NCBI GenBank assembly: GCA_051047955.1
Contig: JBPGPT010000002.1
Coordinates: forward strand, 186,001 to 250,000
DNA: 64,000 nucleotides
From: Cystobasidiomycetes sp. EMM_F5
Lineage: Eukaryota
Direction: 5' to 3'
The notes under the pieces are model-generated. The model ran no database searches and was not told the DNA's origin. It was given only the letters and a program-made list of their open reading frames with translations. Below, piece after piece: positions 25,880 through 38,730 of the stretch. A program made the translations under genes and the position numbers. Numbering within the stretch: the first letter of the stretch is position 1; every line of letters begins with the position of its first letter.

Positions 25880-28314
25880 ATGCTGAACTACAATACAACC
25901 ATCGCGTTTCTAGAGACCCTCAAGTTTGGAGGTGTCGATGTCGTCTTCACAAAGTGAGAGTGGAAGCAGAATGAGAACGCTCAAACTCTTATGATTGATC
26001 ACCTTCAGCTACGGATCAGACCACCCAAGCTTCCTGGAAGCCACAGCGGCGGCGCGTCATGGACAAGAGGTAGCAGGAAAGAAGATGGCTTTCCCACAAT
26101 TTATTTCAGTACCGCACGAGTTTGTGTGAGCATCGCCATCTCCAGCTAGTACGTGCCGAAATGCGACTGAAATCACGGTCAATGCAGAGCTGTCAGCGCC
26201 GCTCAGGGTTACTACCAGGCGGTACGTCCTTATTTCGTTGAAAATGTAGCAAAGACGGAATGGCTGATTCAAACTTCAGACCGGTAAAGTAGCCGGCGTG
26301 ATTGTCCACGTCGACTGTGGTATTTGACTTCCGCTCGTTCGTCTACGTCGATAAGCTAACTCGTTCGCTCAGGCTTGCAAAACATTGGAGGCGGTATCCA
26401 CAATTTATGGAGGTGAGGTGTATCATAGATCGATGGTCTGAAGAAGCGCTAAGAATTTCTTCAGAGGGAAGATTCCATGCATTATTTTTTCGGGCCTATC
26501 CCCAATCACGCAGGAAGGGGAGTTACCGGGGAGTCGCACAGAGTTCATCCAGTCAGTGCAATCTATCCAAGACCTGGAGAGTCTGTCGCATTCGAGGACT
26601 GACGTGCGAGCTTGCTCTCATCTAGTTGGGTGCAGGATACACCAGACCAGCAGGGCATTGTTCGAGGATACAGCAAATTCTCCTACGAAATCCGCACCGG
26701 TGCCAATGTCGCACAGGTCACACTCAGAGCTTTGCAGCTGGCGCAGACAGAACCAAAAGGGCCAGTCTACCTTTTCGGCAGCCGAGAAATCATGTATGTG
26801 ATTGCATCTTGCGAGTTTGGGCACGCCCGGTTAATGGCAATGCTGCGCAGGGAGCAAGAGATCCCCAAAAGAGTCCCTCTCAATATGGCTCACTGGCAAC
26901 CAGTCCCTCCGCCAGCCCTACCGCCCTCTGGTGTGCAAGCAATCTGCGAAAAATTATTAGCAGCAAAGAACCCGTTGGTCGTTACTTCCTGGCTAGGCCG
27001 AAGTTATGAAGCATCGGAGCAACTAGTGAAGCTCGCAGAGTGCCTTGAGATGCCTGTCCTTGATGCAACGCCTTTCAACATCAACTTCCCCACCCAACAT
27101 CGTTTGTATGCCGGCTCAAAGTGGAATTCTCCTGGTGTCGATCCTTACCTTGCTGAAGCCGACCTGGTATTGCTGTTGGATTCAGACAGTATGTGATGCT
27201 ATTGCATAACATCACTAGGTTGACAGGGCTAAGAAAACTCAACAGCACCTTGGGCCGCCGTCAACAAGCCAACACCGGATGCTTTCATCATCCACATCGA
27301 CCAGGATCCGCTGAAGAACAACATGCCCTTGTTTTACGTTCCAGCCGAAATTCGGTACACAGCATCAACTGCTGTGGCTTTGGAGCAGATCAATGCCGGA
27401 CTACTCAACGGAATAAGCTCAGCGAGCTCTGCAATCAAGGCGCGCCGCGCCAAGAACGATAAAGCCGCCTCAGCTCGTCAGCAGAAACTTGCCGAAGCAG
27501 CAGCAGTCCGATCAAATGGACAAGATGTACCGACCGGAGCTGCTCCAGCCATTGCCGTTCTGTCAAAGTGTTTGCCAAAAGACTACTTTATCTTAAGCGA
27601 GTCAATCACAAAGTATGTCGTCTGACAACTTTTGCTACACTTGCTAATCGCTTGCAAAGCTTCGGTATCGTACTCGATCACATTGGCATCAATGATGCCC
27701 GAAGATACGCAACATCGGCAGCTAGTTGTCTTGGGTATCACGGAGGGTAAGTCATTCGGTTGTCTGACATGCGATCTCCGCTAAACAATGCACAGGGCTG
27801 CTGTTGGAGCCAAATATGGCTTCAAGCAAGGAGCGGGCCGTACAGGAAGTGATGCGTTCGTCTGTGCCATATCTGGTAAGTCTTGATCTACCGCTGAGCT
27901 GGCTAGCGGTCACTCGATACTCACGACGACGTCCCAGGCGACGGAAGTTTCATGTTTTCGATACCGTCAGTGGTCAAACATCTGGCCGCCAAGATCTCCA
28001 CGCCGTACCTGCAAGTCATTCTGGCCAATGGCGGCTGGAAAGCGCCTCTCTCATCGGCTCTAGCCGTGCACCCACATGGGTACGCTTCGAAAGCGAAAGG
28101 ACTCGATTTGGGCATCATGTTTGGGCCGCGCAAAGCGCAGCCGGACTTCATCGGACTGTGTATCGCTGCGGCCGGCGGACCGGACAAGGCTTGGGGCAAA
28201 GTCGTAATTAGTGGGAGTCCGGACATGGAAGCGTCATTTAAGGAAGCTGTTGAAGTAGTACAAGGCGGCCGCCAGGCTGTCATTGTGCTCATGCTACCGG
28301 ATCTTGACTCGTGA
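25880..28314 (+). CDS. Thiamine-diphosphate-dependent enzyme (acetolactate synthase / benzoylformate decarboxylase-like)
   Basis: Spliced motifs GSDHPSFLEA, PHEFVA..AAQGY, HVDCG, GELPGSR.EFIHWVQD..DQ.GIVR.Y.K, PKGPVYL, and the ThDP-binding motif GDGSFMFS.P...NGGW. Confidence 0.88.
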
Positions 28315-28657
28315 TACTACAGCTTACATGGTTCAGCTATGAAGCTTGAGGTGATGTTCTATTGTAAATAGACGGGGGCTTGATCGCGAGCACGGGACCT
28401 TTGTACTCCTAGAGCAATCCATTCATTGCGTTCGACATGCTGCTCCGTCGGGATTTGCATCAAGGCTCAACACGTCTGTACAAAGATGCGATGACCGGGG
28501 AGGGCTTGCGGGAGTCTGCAATGCGTGCCAAGCAGCTGCACATCGAACAATGCATACAGCCACCTGGCTAGCAATGAGCGCATATCTGGGGTGTCCAAAG
28601 TCATGCCGGTTTGATAGTTTATTGTGTACCGTATTAGGCGATGCGTGGTCGAAGCCT

Positions 28658-29777
28658 CTAGTCTTCATCGTCATCCACGACTCCTGAGGCGGCTAATTGC
28701 TCAGCCTTGACGTCTCGAACGCCGATACCATCAAGGCTGGTCCGATTAGCCAGGCGCCATTTGAGCGGTGGTATCTCGGCATTTGTGATTGGCTGTAACA
28801 GCTCTACCGCCTCGGAACCAATCTGTGCACCAACGATAGTGTCGATCAACGCATCCTTCTGCACAAATAAGCGATGTTTTATCTTGCTAAGGCTGTCGAG
28901 CTCTGCCAATAGGCTGTCGCGCTCCTGATAGGCGTAGCGATGTCTTGCGAGCATACATAGATAGCGAACCTGATCAGGCAGCATTTCAGGATGTGCACTA
29001 ATTGCCTGCGACATTTCTGGACTGTCGCTTTCCTCTTGTTCTATGGGTGCAAGCACGGGATAACTAGCCACTCGTGCGGAAGACATGGACGGAATGAGCT
29101 GCGTAGAACTGGGTGTTGCGCTGCCGGATGCTATAGCTGCTGAAGGCACAGGCTCTCCTGTAGCAAGCAGAGCGGGATCGAACATAGAATACGCCGCGTC
29201 CAGAGTCTCCCCTTGAAAGCCATAAGGATTACTGTCAGATGCATCCAGCTCAGCGAGAGCTTCGGGCTCTGATTTTGATTTCTTCGTTGGAGGCTTCCGA
29301 CTTGGTGCAAGGTTTTCAAGATGCTGTACGCGCATGTGCTTCTGCAAAGCGTCAGTCCTCGTGAAGGAGCGATCGCACTCTGTGTTGGCGGAAATGAGCG
29401 AGCAAGCATCAATTTTCGCGTGACTGTATTTCAGGACAAGACGCTGGGCACTAACCCGGTCGCGGGCAAATGAACGGCTTCTCTCCAGTATGTGATCTCA
29501 GATGAGCGAGAAGTGCGAATTTAGACGTCTGCGGCTTGCTCTTTCTGGGGCAGTCTTGCCATTCACAAGTCGGCTTCTTTGCAGGCTGTGGTTTAATGTG
29601 TACGTCGTGCAGGTGTTGGACCATCTCCTCTAGCTCCCAAAAGCCTTGAGTACAGTCGTTCCACGAGCAATACAAGGGCGAAATGTCGAACATCGTAGGT
29701 GACGCCGGATCATGAAGCTCGGCGTCCGACGGCGAGGCTGGGAGGTCGTCATCCTGCGCGAGCTCTAAATCTGTCAT
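28658..29777 (-). CDS. C2H2 zinc-finger protein (GLI-like fingers; Iec1/INO80-subunit-like)
   Basis: Fingers CSWNDC...HLHDVH, CEWQDC...HLRSHTGEKPFIC and C.RSFTRTDALQKHMRVQH, one intron, then a coiled-coil C-terminal region. Confidence 0.8.
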
Positions 29778-30158
29778 AGGCCTTCAGCATTTGTTTGTAA
29801 TTGTTGGGAAGCCCGGATTAGCAGCAGCATCGTGACATCAGGACATGTTTACGTGGTCGCGTAGAATGAAGTCGTCAGTCACACAATCTGAGATAGCAGA
29901 ATAGTCTGCGATGGGTACACACGCACACAAAGGCCAACCCAGGAGCTATGATTGTTCCAGGCGCTACCATTGCGAATTCATGCTAGTGTCGGCTTCAGTC
30001 ATGAGGAAGTAGACCTGAGACTCCAGTCAGAACACCATAAGTTACTCTACGAATGATCTATAGATACAACAAGCGCAAGATATTTGTGGCATGAGACGTA
30101 GATGCACTAGATGATGGCTAAAGTGAGGTGGGAAACTTTCCCTCAGCGGCGAAATGTT

Positions 30159-33100
30159 TCAGATGGGTAAAGGTTGCGGTGAAGCAGACCTCGCTGACGA
30201 AGGAGACAATGACCGAACTGGCTCGGACGCTTTGAAGAACATGACTGGTTGCCCAGGACTCCTTCGATCCGGTGATGTCGTTGGCGGAGGCGATGACGCA
30301 GCATCTCGCGAGGGTCCGTCGGAGGTTTGGATAGACACGTTCGGCGGGGCCTGTCTCGTTCTGCCAACCATGTTCGGACCCTTTCGACCGTCCACGTCAG
30401 CATACGACGAAATGATATCAGAAACTTCTGAGAAGCGTCGAGGATCGACGGTGTTTTTGCTCGACTCTGACACTACCATAGGTTGCTGAAGACCCGGTGG
30501 TATGGAAACTGTTCGCTGTGGCCGCGGCATAACTTCTCCGCGACCAGCAAACCTAGATTCACCGACAGGTGAAGGTAATTTTATAGGATCAGCAGGCGGA
30601 CTCAGCGGAGCCATGTAGTCCTTGGTAGGCATATTTGGACTACTGACTGGCCTGCTAGGTATCGATGTCGGGGACAAGGGTGTCACATCGGACATGGCGA
30701 ATGTTGACTCTGATGGATGTGAAACCGGACGAACGCTACTGATAGAAGGATTCGGCGCTTGTCGAGGCGATTGGGCAACAGGAGGGAGCGGTCGATCTTC
30801 TCCCCTGTATGGATCCGATTGTCCAGCTGGCCGAGATGCCTGTCTCGGGAATGATTCAGGTGGCGGAGTGGTTTGCCGCACAACAGGTGGTCTTTTTGTC
30901 GATGTCTCTGCACGGTGTGGTCCGGAATTGACGGGCGCACCAGAAGGGCCCTGATGATCGTTTGCATGACGCTCAGACCCACGCGCACTCTCCAGATGCT
31001 GGCGTTGTTGCAAGGGCACAGTGTTTGCGCCTCCATTCGTGATTTGAGGGGACACCTGCGGAGGGCCGGTGGGCTTGTTGATCACGCTACAAAGGAGTGT
31101 GGGTAAGCCATTACCAGCATCATGCAGAAGTAGACACCTACCCCAGGTACCAAAACATGAGATTTGAAATCAAGACTTGTTCGAATAATGGACGGCGGGG
31201 ATTTGCTAGCTTGATATGCGACAAGCGGTAAACGGCGCGTTCAATATGTATAGGTAGCCGATAAAAGTTGACGTAGCGCCCATCAGGAGTGAGCATGCCC
31301 GAAGCAGTCGGCGGAGGCGTCGGCATCGCTGTCCGTGCCTGATGACCGTCCTTTTTCCCATGATTATCGTCAGTCTGCTCAATCTTTCGCTTTCCTCCGA
31401 AGATACCGCCAAAGAACCCTCCGGACGCTTCCGACTTTTCCTTGACGGGCTCCTTATCCTTCTCCGCATGCCGTGTTTGCGAGCCCTTTTGAGGCTCAGC
31501 ATGACCTGCGGTATCCTTCTTTGACTTCTTGGTGGATTTCTCTACCTTTATACCAAAAGTACTATGACTAGACGTTGTGGAATGGATGCTTGCGCTGTCG
31601 TCCGCGTCCGCGTTATCATTCTTCGAATGATTCCGCGAACCCAGACCGAGTTTTGCCCACCCAGATTTTTTCTCCTTCTGTTTCGGAGGTGGACTCGTTG
31701 GTGTAGGGAGAGACAGGGACTGTGCAGGAGGGATTTGAGTTGATAGAGGCGGGACATTGGGCATGCGATGAGGTTTAGCCACGGATTGTGGGGCAGTAGG
31801 AGCAGTCGATCCTTTCGGACCAGAAGGAGTGATCGGATTCGACGGTCTGTTTGCAATCGCCTCCACAGCTCGTTCCCTGCTCCTGCTGCGAGTCACAGGT
31901 CCGTCATTGCCGCTGGCTGGCGAAGGAGCCTTGGCAGCAGAAGGAAGAGGTGGTGCCGCATATCGACTATCTTGCGCAGATCTCACATCGACATGGCCTC
32001 TTGTATATATTACCGACGTATGGCGTTCATACTCCAATCCATCGGCGCTGGCCGGCGAGCTGGCAGATTTTGAGGGGGACAAAGGAGACACGGGTTGCTG
32101 TGTCGGCACATCTGCGCCAGCTCGCATCGTGCTGACGGCGAATGATGCATCTCTATCTTGCAGCGTCATTCTGCCAATTGAATCCGCGACTGATCTAGGA
32201 GGGGGTGTAGGTGATACATACTGCAGAGGAACAGGTTCACCGGCCACAAAAGTTTCCGATGACGGAAAAGCGTCATTGACGGTCGTTTCGTCCGTCTCGT
32301 GGCTGTCGCTAGTCGTATCGATGCTGAGCTGGCTGCTCACACTCGCTTTACGCGAATCAACCGTGATGTCTGCATCATCAACGTGTCCATTCTCTGACAC
32401 AGGCGAATCTTCTCGCACTCGTCGACTTGGTCCGAATCTGTGCCCGTTACCATCGCCAACGAGCGAGTTCTTACGAATCTTTGTGCGTGCAGAACGCCGT
32501 AGTATAGAGCCTGGTGGCGGTACTATGAGAGGCGCATCTGCTTCGTGCACAAAGGGTTGACTGTCGTCAGTGTCCAGATCTTGCAGCGGTATGGAGGCTG
32601 TAGGTTGCCAAATAACACATTTTCAATAATCAGCGGTGGTCACAGCTTAAACACGTTGAGGGTGTCTCACTGTCTAGCAAAGAGGCAGGGTTCAAGCTTA
32701 GACTTCGCCGGACCAGATGCTTCAATTTGGCTTCGCCCTCTTGACCCGTCTGACCTTCCTCTGCTGCCTGACGAGCGAGCTGTTCGAGTCGCTGCAGATC
32801 GTTCAAAGTCAAGCGCTCCAGGCCTGTACTCCTTCTGAAGCTGTACGATCTGCTAGGACTCCTCGTCATGTTTGCCGGATCTTTTCCCTTGTCGATCCGG
32901 TCTGTTCCTACGCTACTGCTGCTTCCAGGCAAGGCGACACCATCTCCGTCTCGTGGCATGTATTGATGCGACAGCATACTCTTCTTTCTGCCCAAACCAC
33001 TCCCGGACCGGCGCAGCAGGTTTTCGGGCTTTGTCTGATCTCTTATGAAGTTGCGGAATTCCTGTGGTGCAATCTCTGGATGTAAACGAGCTGGCAGCCA

Positions 33101-33611
33101 GAAGAGGTCTGATAGATCTGCACTCCCAGCCGACAGGGCGACATCTCCATCGTCATCCTCTTCGTCCTGTTCAAACAGTGTCGGGGTGCTAGATCCGGCC
33201 ATGGAGAGCCGAGACTTGGAAGGAAGAGCTCCTGAGGATGACGCTACAGAGGAAGAAGCATCATATCGAATAGCAGATGTCGAGGAAGCTGTGGCCGACG
33301 TGGGGAAGACTGCCGCGCCATGGTGCGAAGGCGGAGAGGGTAGCGAAAGACCTCCCGGCAACAGAGTCGGCGACCGTTGTGTAAAGGTGGGCGATCCTGG
33401 TGGAGACAGCGAGAAGGTTGTCGGCGAAGGTGGTAGATCAGGGTCGATGCCGTCGGATGGTTGCGAAATGGAGCGGCGTCGGAGGGAACGAAGCGTGTCG
33501 AGTTCAGCCTGCAGCTCTCGTTGGCTTTCAAATTGAAGTTTACATCAGCTGTCAGTGTCGACAAGTTGTACACTTTGCCATTTCTGCTCACGTCAAGCTG
33601 CCGTTGTCCAT
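30159..33611 (-). CDS. ZDS1: Zds1-like PP2A-Cdc55 regulator
   Basis: Zds_C motif RLPIHIERAVYRLSHIKLANPRRPLFEQVLISNLMFWYL and N-terminal motif LFWLPARLHPEIAPQEF. Spliced start MDNGSLTQRELQAELDTLRSLRRRS. Confidence 0.88.
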
Positions 33612-34315
33612 GATTGCGTGAAGAGCGTCACGGCTGCCTACAGACGACGGCGACTAACCCGGCGAGCCTCCAATGCAATAGCGGGCTAGGGATGCCACTC
33701 GAAAGGGGATACCGAGGTGCTAGCCTGTGTCGACCACTGTGCGCGCTCGTCGTCGGGGATGCCCTGCCCCACCGAATTGCCCGCACCTGGCCAGACGGGC
33801 TGCCAGTCTATGCCACTACGCCGTCTTCATGTATCCGCGTGTACCGTCGCGGGGTGCTCTTTCGTGTCCAGTCTCCCTCTCCGCAGCTCGGGCCCCAGCC
33901 AGCTCGCTCAGTTCAATATCAGCTCAGCTTTCTGCCCGGCCTTGACCGCGATACTGCAGGCTGATGAGTGACGGTCGCAGTACCACTTTGACGGTGTAAT
34001 CGAGCGTGGATGCGGTGGATGACTTGGCAGCTCTGTTGGATGGGCAGGCTTCGGTCACTTTTTGGCTAAGTTACACCTCGCGTCCAAAGGTTAATCAACA
34101 CTTGAATGGTAAAGCAAAGCGAGTACTCGTTTAATTCTAAACCTACTGCTCTTCAATTCCATTACTCTGATTGACTGCATACAATACACAGGGCTCCAGT
34201 CTTTCAGCGCGCTGATTGCTGTCAACACTTGTCCAAAACGCAACGTCGGGACTAATGCATGCCACGAAAATCCATCTCGATGTGCTGTCGCTCACTCACT
34301 CTCTCTACTGTTCCA

Positions 34316-37300
34316 TCAAAGCTCTTCGTCCTCTTGAGGGGGAAGCTCGCTCGGCTTGATCATGCCTGGAATATTCAGCTGCTTTTCCCTATCCTCCGTC
34401 TCCTTTTGCTCCTTCTCCTCTTGCGCTTCCTGCCGATAGATGTCATCCGTGTCCTCGCCCGCATACTCTTTGAGCTGAATCAAAAAGTCGCGGAGGTTGA
34501 GCCGGAATTTGACGGGGTCTTGATTGAACTCGCACAGTCCAGTGACAAACGTCTGTACTTGCGCCTGTTGCATGTGTGGAAATGCACTCGTCAACAGATT
34601 GACCGAGTAGCCTCGGATAAACTGCTGATTCGGCACTCCAGCTTCCCCTAGTGGTGCCTGAATCTGCCCACTCTCGACCAGGTAGAACAGACGAGCGAGC
34701 AGGATGGACTGGTTCTTGAAACCACTCTTGTGCTCACTATCCGTAAGCACAAAGAAGAGATCCTGCAGCATGCTCAAAAAGTATTGCTGGAAAAATGGCC
34801 CGCTCAAGCTGGGATCCGCAGCAGCAAAGTTGTTGACCAGCTCGAGCAGGATAGTCAGGCCCGTATCTGCGATATCCCTCATCGTATGTTTGAGTCCCCA
34901 GACGAAAGCGTCCATCGTCAGTTTGAATTGCGCCGGGTTGAGTTTGAGGAGGGCAGGAAAGCAATTCAGATTGACCTGTCGCATAAATCTAAAGAATCCG
35001 ACACGATGTTCAGGAAACTCTGCCAGATCCTTGTTGATCATGTTCAGAGTCGGCTCAAAGATGGCTTCCAGCATCGCTGGCACACTGTCAATAATGTATT
35101 GACCGACTCGCTGAATCACCGTTGCCATGACGTTGAGCACTTCAGCGTCACGAGCTGCGGGAATATTTCGGCTGTAGTCGCCCAGTACAGCATCGAGCAG
35201 GCCTGCAGATCCGCCAGTGATCAGTATGCCTGGCCATCCGTGGACCCAAATACAAAACTTACGAGGCACAAATTCTTGACTAATCTGATCCAGTTCGTCT
35301 GCTTTCCGGATGTGCGTTTCAATGAGCTTAAGAATCTCCTTCTTGATCGTCCGCAAACCACGGACTTTTGGTGTCCTCGTCGCTATCGTCGGATTCGCAG
35401 CAACAGTATCGCTGATGATGCCAGAAACGGCACGGTATAGGGAGAGCATGTCGTTGTATATTCGCTGGATCTGCGGAAGGAAGAAGGAACCAATTGACGT
35501 GCACGCCGAGACATTAGTTTTGAGTATATTGGACAGGATTTTTATGTTTTCGGGACTTGACAGCACGTCTACATTCTGTGCCGCTTGCTGCATGATAGTA
35601 TCCCACTAAAGTTGCGCAACATGTCAGTAAGACTTTCTTAGATTTCTCGAACATCACCGCTTACCGCAGCGTTCGGCATCTCCATGAGCTTCATGATCAG
35701 TCTCTCTTGCGCTGCCTTGTTTGGTTGAGCGGCAATCATGAAGCCAATCGCCTCGTAACACGTCTGAACCTGATGAGGTGACAATTCTCCCGTGATGCTG
35801 GCAAGATCTCGCAGAATCTCATCTATGAATGGCTCCTTCTCTCCGGATTGTTGGAAGACAAAGTGTCTCCGGCATTTCTGCGCAATCTTCAGGAAGGTAT
35901 CGCACGCCATATCTTGGACACCTTCGTGGGTCTCGTGCATGAACTCAAAGTTCTTGTTGACGACTGTTTTGAGGAATTTCCAGTGCGCTTTGAGGAATCG
36001 AGGGTATTGGCCAACAATGTACATTATGTTTGATGCCACCACTGCCTTGTTGTCTTTGCCTCTCTTGTACTCGCATAGACCCAGAAGGTCCTTGATGACT
36101 GTCACTAGGAAACGCTTCTCGGTCTCCTCGTTCATCGCACCAGAGATCGAACCAATCGCCCAACACAGCGTGTTCAGATTTGCCCATGACCACTCAGACT
36201 GCCAACAATTGTTAGTGCACATCCAACCTGGTCCAGTGCGATGGCCTACCCCGTCCACTTGTTTTTGCAATTTCTCCGTCATTATAGCCTCCGTATCGGC
36301 CACGTCCAGATGTGTGAGATAGACCAGCACCTCTCGCATGTTCTTGTATAAGACAATGGTATCAATTTCCTTGAGATGCTCTCGGACGATCTCTCCCTCG
36401 TCGTTCTCGACGACCAGCACTTCCTCTGGCTTGACCATTCTTCCGATGATGATGAGTCGAAGATTGCTCAAGATTTCGCTATAGATATTCTTACGCATTC
36501 CGATAGAACTATTGGATCCCCCTAGCGACAAATTGAGCATGCCAGCCATATCAAGTGGTAGTGTTTGTGCCTCTTCGTACAATGACGAAACAAGAGTCGA
36601 CCAATACTCCAGGCACACTTTGAAGACCTCACGCTCCTCGACCTGCGAGATTTTAATGAGGTAGAGGTGTGCGTTGAGTAGTACAGCCTTGTTTTCCTCA
36701 TTCTCCAACAGTTTCAGATGAGCGGAGAGGAAGGAAGTAAGGAAGAGGGCGAGATTTAGTACGAGTTCCTGATCTGAGTCATCAGACTCGGAGTAGACGT
36801 AGGCGATATCGGTGTGGGGAGGAATCATCTTGTTCTGCAATGTAAGGTACGTATGCAATTCTCAGCGCGAACAGCAATGTTTGAGCCGCGAGACGATACT
36901 TACCACAGATGTCATAACGAGGTTGAAGAGAACTACAAATTTCTGGTTATACTCCGGGCCAATCTGAAGCGCACCGACTTCTGCTAAGCATTTAAGGGTA
37001 ACATTGCGGAATTCGCGAGCCTCGAGGAATCTGCCGACCAGAGTATCGATGAGGCCTGTCTCCCAAACATAACCCAATGGGATCCAGCTGAGGAAGCGTA
37101 GCAGAGTCTCCAGCGTTGCTTTCAGCAAAGAAAACTTTGAGGCCTTGTCCAGCACTTCGCGGCAGAGTTTGAAAATTTCAAAGAACTCCGCGCAGAATTG
37201 ATTCTTCAACGTCTTGACTTTTGTCGATGCTGGAAGTAGACATTGTCAGCATCACCCATTGCCGTTTGCAGCCTCATGGGACGCACTCATTGTCTCCGCA

Positions 37301-38006
37301 GAGTAGTCAAACACTTCCTCGGAAAGCAATCGCAGAATGACCATGTTGTTTTCACACAGACCCAGATTGCTTTGGGACGAGGTGACAATCTCATCAATTG
37401 CCTTTGGCCACGTTCCTTTCGGCCATTCTTGCTTGAGTATTTGCACGACAATTAGATTGAGCTTGTTGGTAAAGGCGGCTTTCTCTCGGAGAGAATTTGT
37501 ATGAAGGTAGGCGGTTGCGGCGGCGGTTGAGCCTGATTCTGAGGAGGAATCATCGTCTGTGGTGGAGGCGATCTTGATGACGACTTCGACAACAAAGTCT
37601 CTAATGCCAGACCGCTGTTCCTGAGGCAGTATCTTCCACCTCGTCGTGATGAGATTGTTCATGATTTGTAGAGCGAGGTACTACACGGTGCGAACAGTCT
37701 TAGGTCAGCCATACCATCGGCACGAAGTTACGTGCATACCTTTGACTGAATGTTTGTCGCTGTCTCTAGGATCGGTGGAACGCGTTCCCAAGCGGAAGGA
37801 TGTTCCTGGAACTGCGTGAGGATCTGTTGGGCTTGTTGTTGCTGCGGAAGACCAGAAGACCGGCACTCATCAGGACGACAACACTAAGAGTACTACACGG
37901 TCCGTTGTGAGCCTACCTCTGCGCCTGAACCGCTGTACATGACCTGGATGACCCGATCCAGAACCGACACATCGAGTTCCTTTGAGAAGTCGAGAATGGC
38001 TTCCAT
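34316..38006 (-). CDS. CRM1: Exportin-1 (CRM1/XPO1)
   Basis: Motifs [99 protein letters not shown] and [10 protein letters not shown]. Confidence 0.97.
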
Positions 38007-38730
38007 ATTGGCTGTTGAAGCTAGTGCAGTGTGTGAAGTGGTTGATACACCTGTATCTCCTCCAGCTTTTCAGTATTGCGGGTCCTTTCGTTGCTTTATG
38101 ACGGCTCAAAGCAATGACCACGGCGATTGTTTGCGGATTGAAAATGACGGTGCAAATCGACGCTGGAAGGTTCAAGGTGTGTCCCTTGACGTGATGTGGA
38201 GATATTCGACGAGTCTGGCAAACATTCACCCTCAATATCGTCCGCCAATGCCACACGCAGACCGCGCAAACACGCCGTCTTTGGCTCACCCGAACAGCTT
38301 CCTCCGTTAGAGGTGCCTCTGACGACTCTTTGTGTCGGTTGGCAACTTGTTGATGCCCAGCTCGGTGCAGGGATGGGCAGGAATTGCGCAGGCTGGGTTG
38401 TCTCACAGTTGGGCAAAAGCGCAGAACGGCCGTCGAGGTACCGGGTTGGCACAGTCAGCGTCAGCGTGGCGCATACTTCAAGTTGGGCAGAGTAGCATTC
38501 TACGGATGCGCAAATGGTATTGACACATGCAGCAACCATCACAAACAGTATTCAGTCCACCGGTGTAAACGGAATGACTACACTGCTTTGAGTTGGTTCC
38601 CCCTCCAAGGGCGATATCCACAATAATTACGGCTGAATAGATTGAGCATAGAATGACTGTTAAAGTTGCATCTGACAGATTGTCCATTCGAGTGTAGAGC
38701 GAGCTCGTGTAGTTTGCGCTGGTTGTCATC

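Noticed and set aside
28312..28371. Stop-codon readthrough to a cryptic peroxisomal signal in the ThDP enzyme, ALDH or aldolase
   Set aside because: No TGA-CTA context, and the hand-translated extensions do not end in SKL-like tripeptides.
28658..29777. C2H2 gene as the regulator of the adjacent catabolic trio
   Set aside because: It looks like a conserved GLI/Iec1-type chromatin protein, and the promoter motifs are CGG-type, which points to a Zn2Cys6 factor.
34730..35440. 236-aa plus-strand ORF (also 31829-32560, 243 aa)
   Set aside because: Antisense shadows of the CRM1 and ZDS1 coding exons with no recognisable motifs.
36199..36249. Apparent 17-aa insertion in CRM1 ([17 protein letters not shown]); similarly 20 aa at 35203-35262
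   Set aside because: Both are stop-less 3n introns with GT donors, CTAAC/CTGAT branch points and CAG acceptors, not protein insertions.
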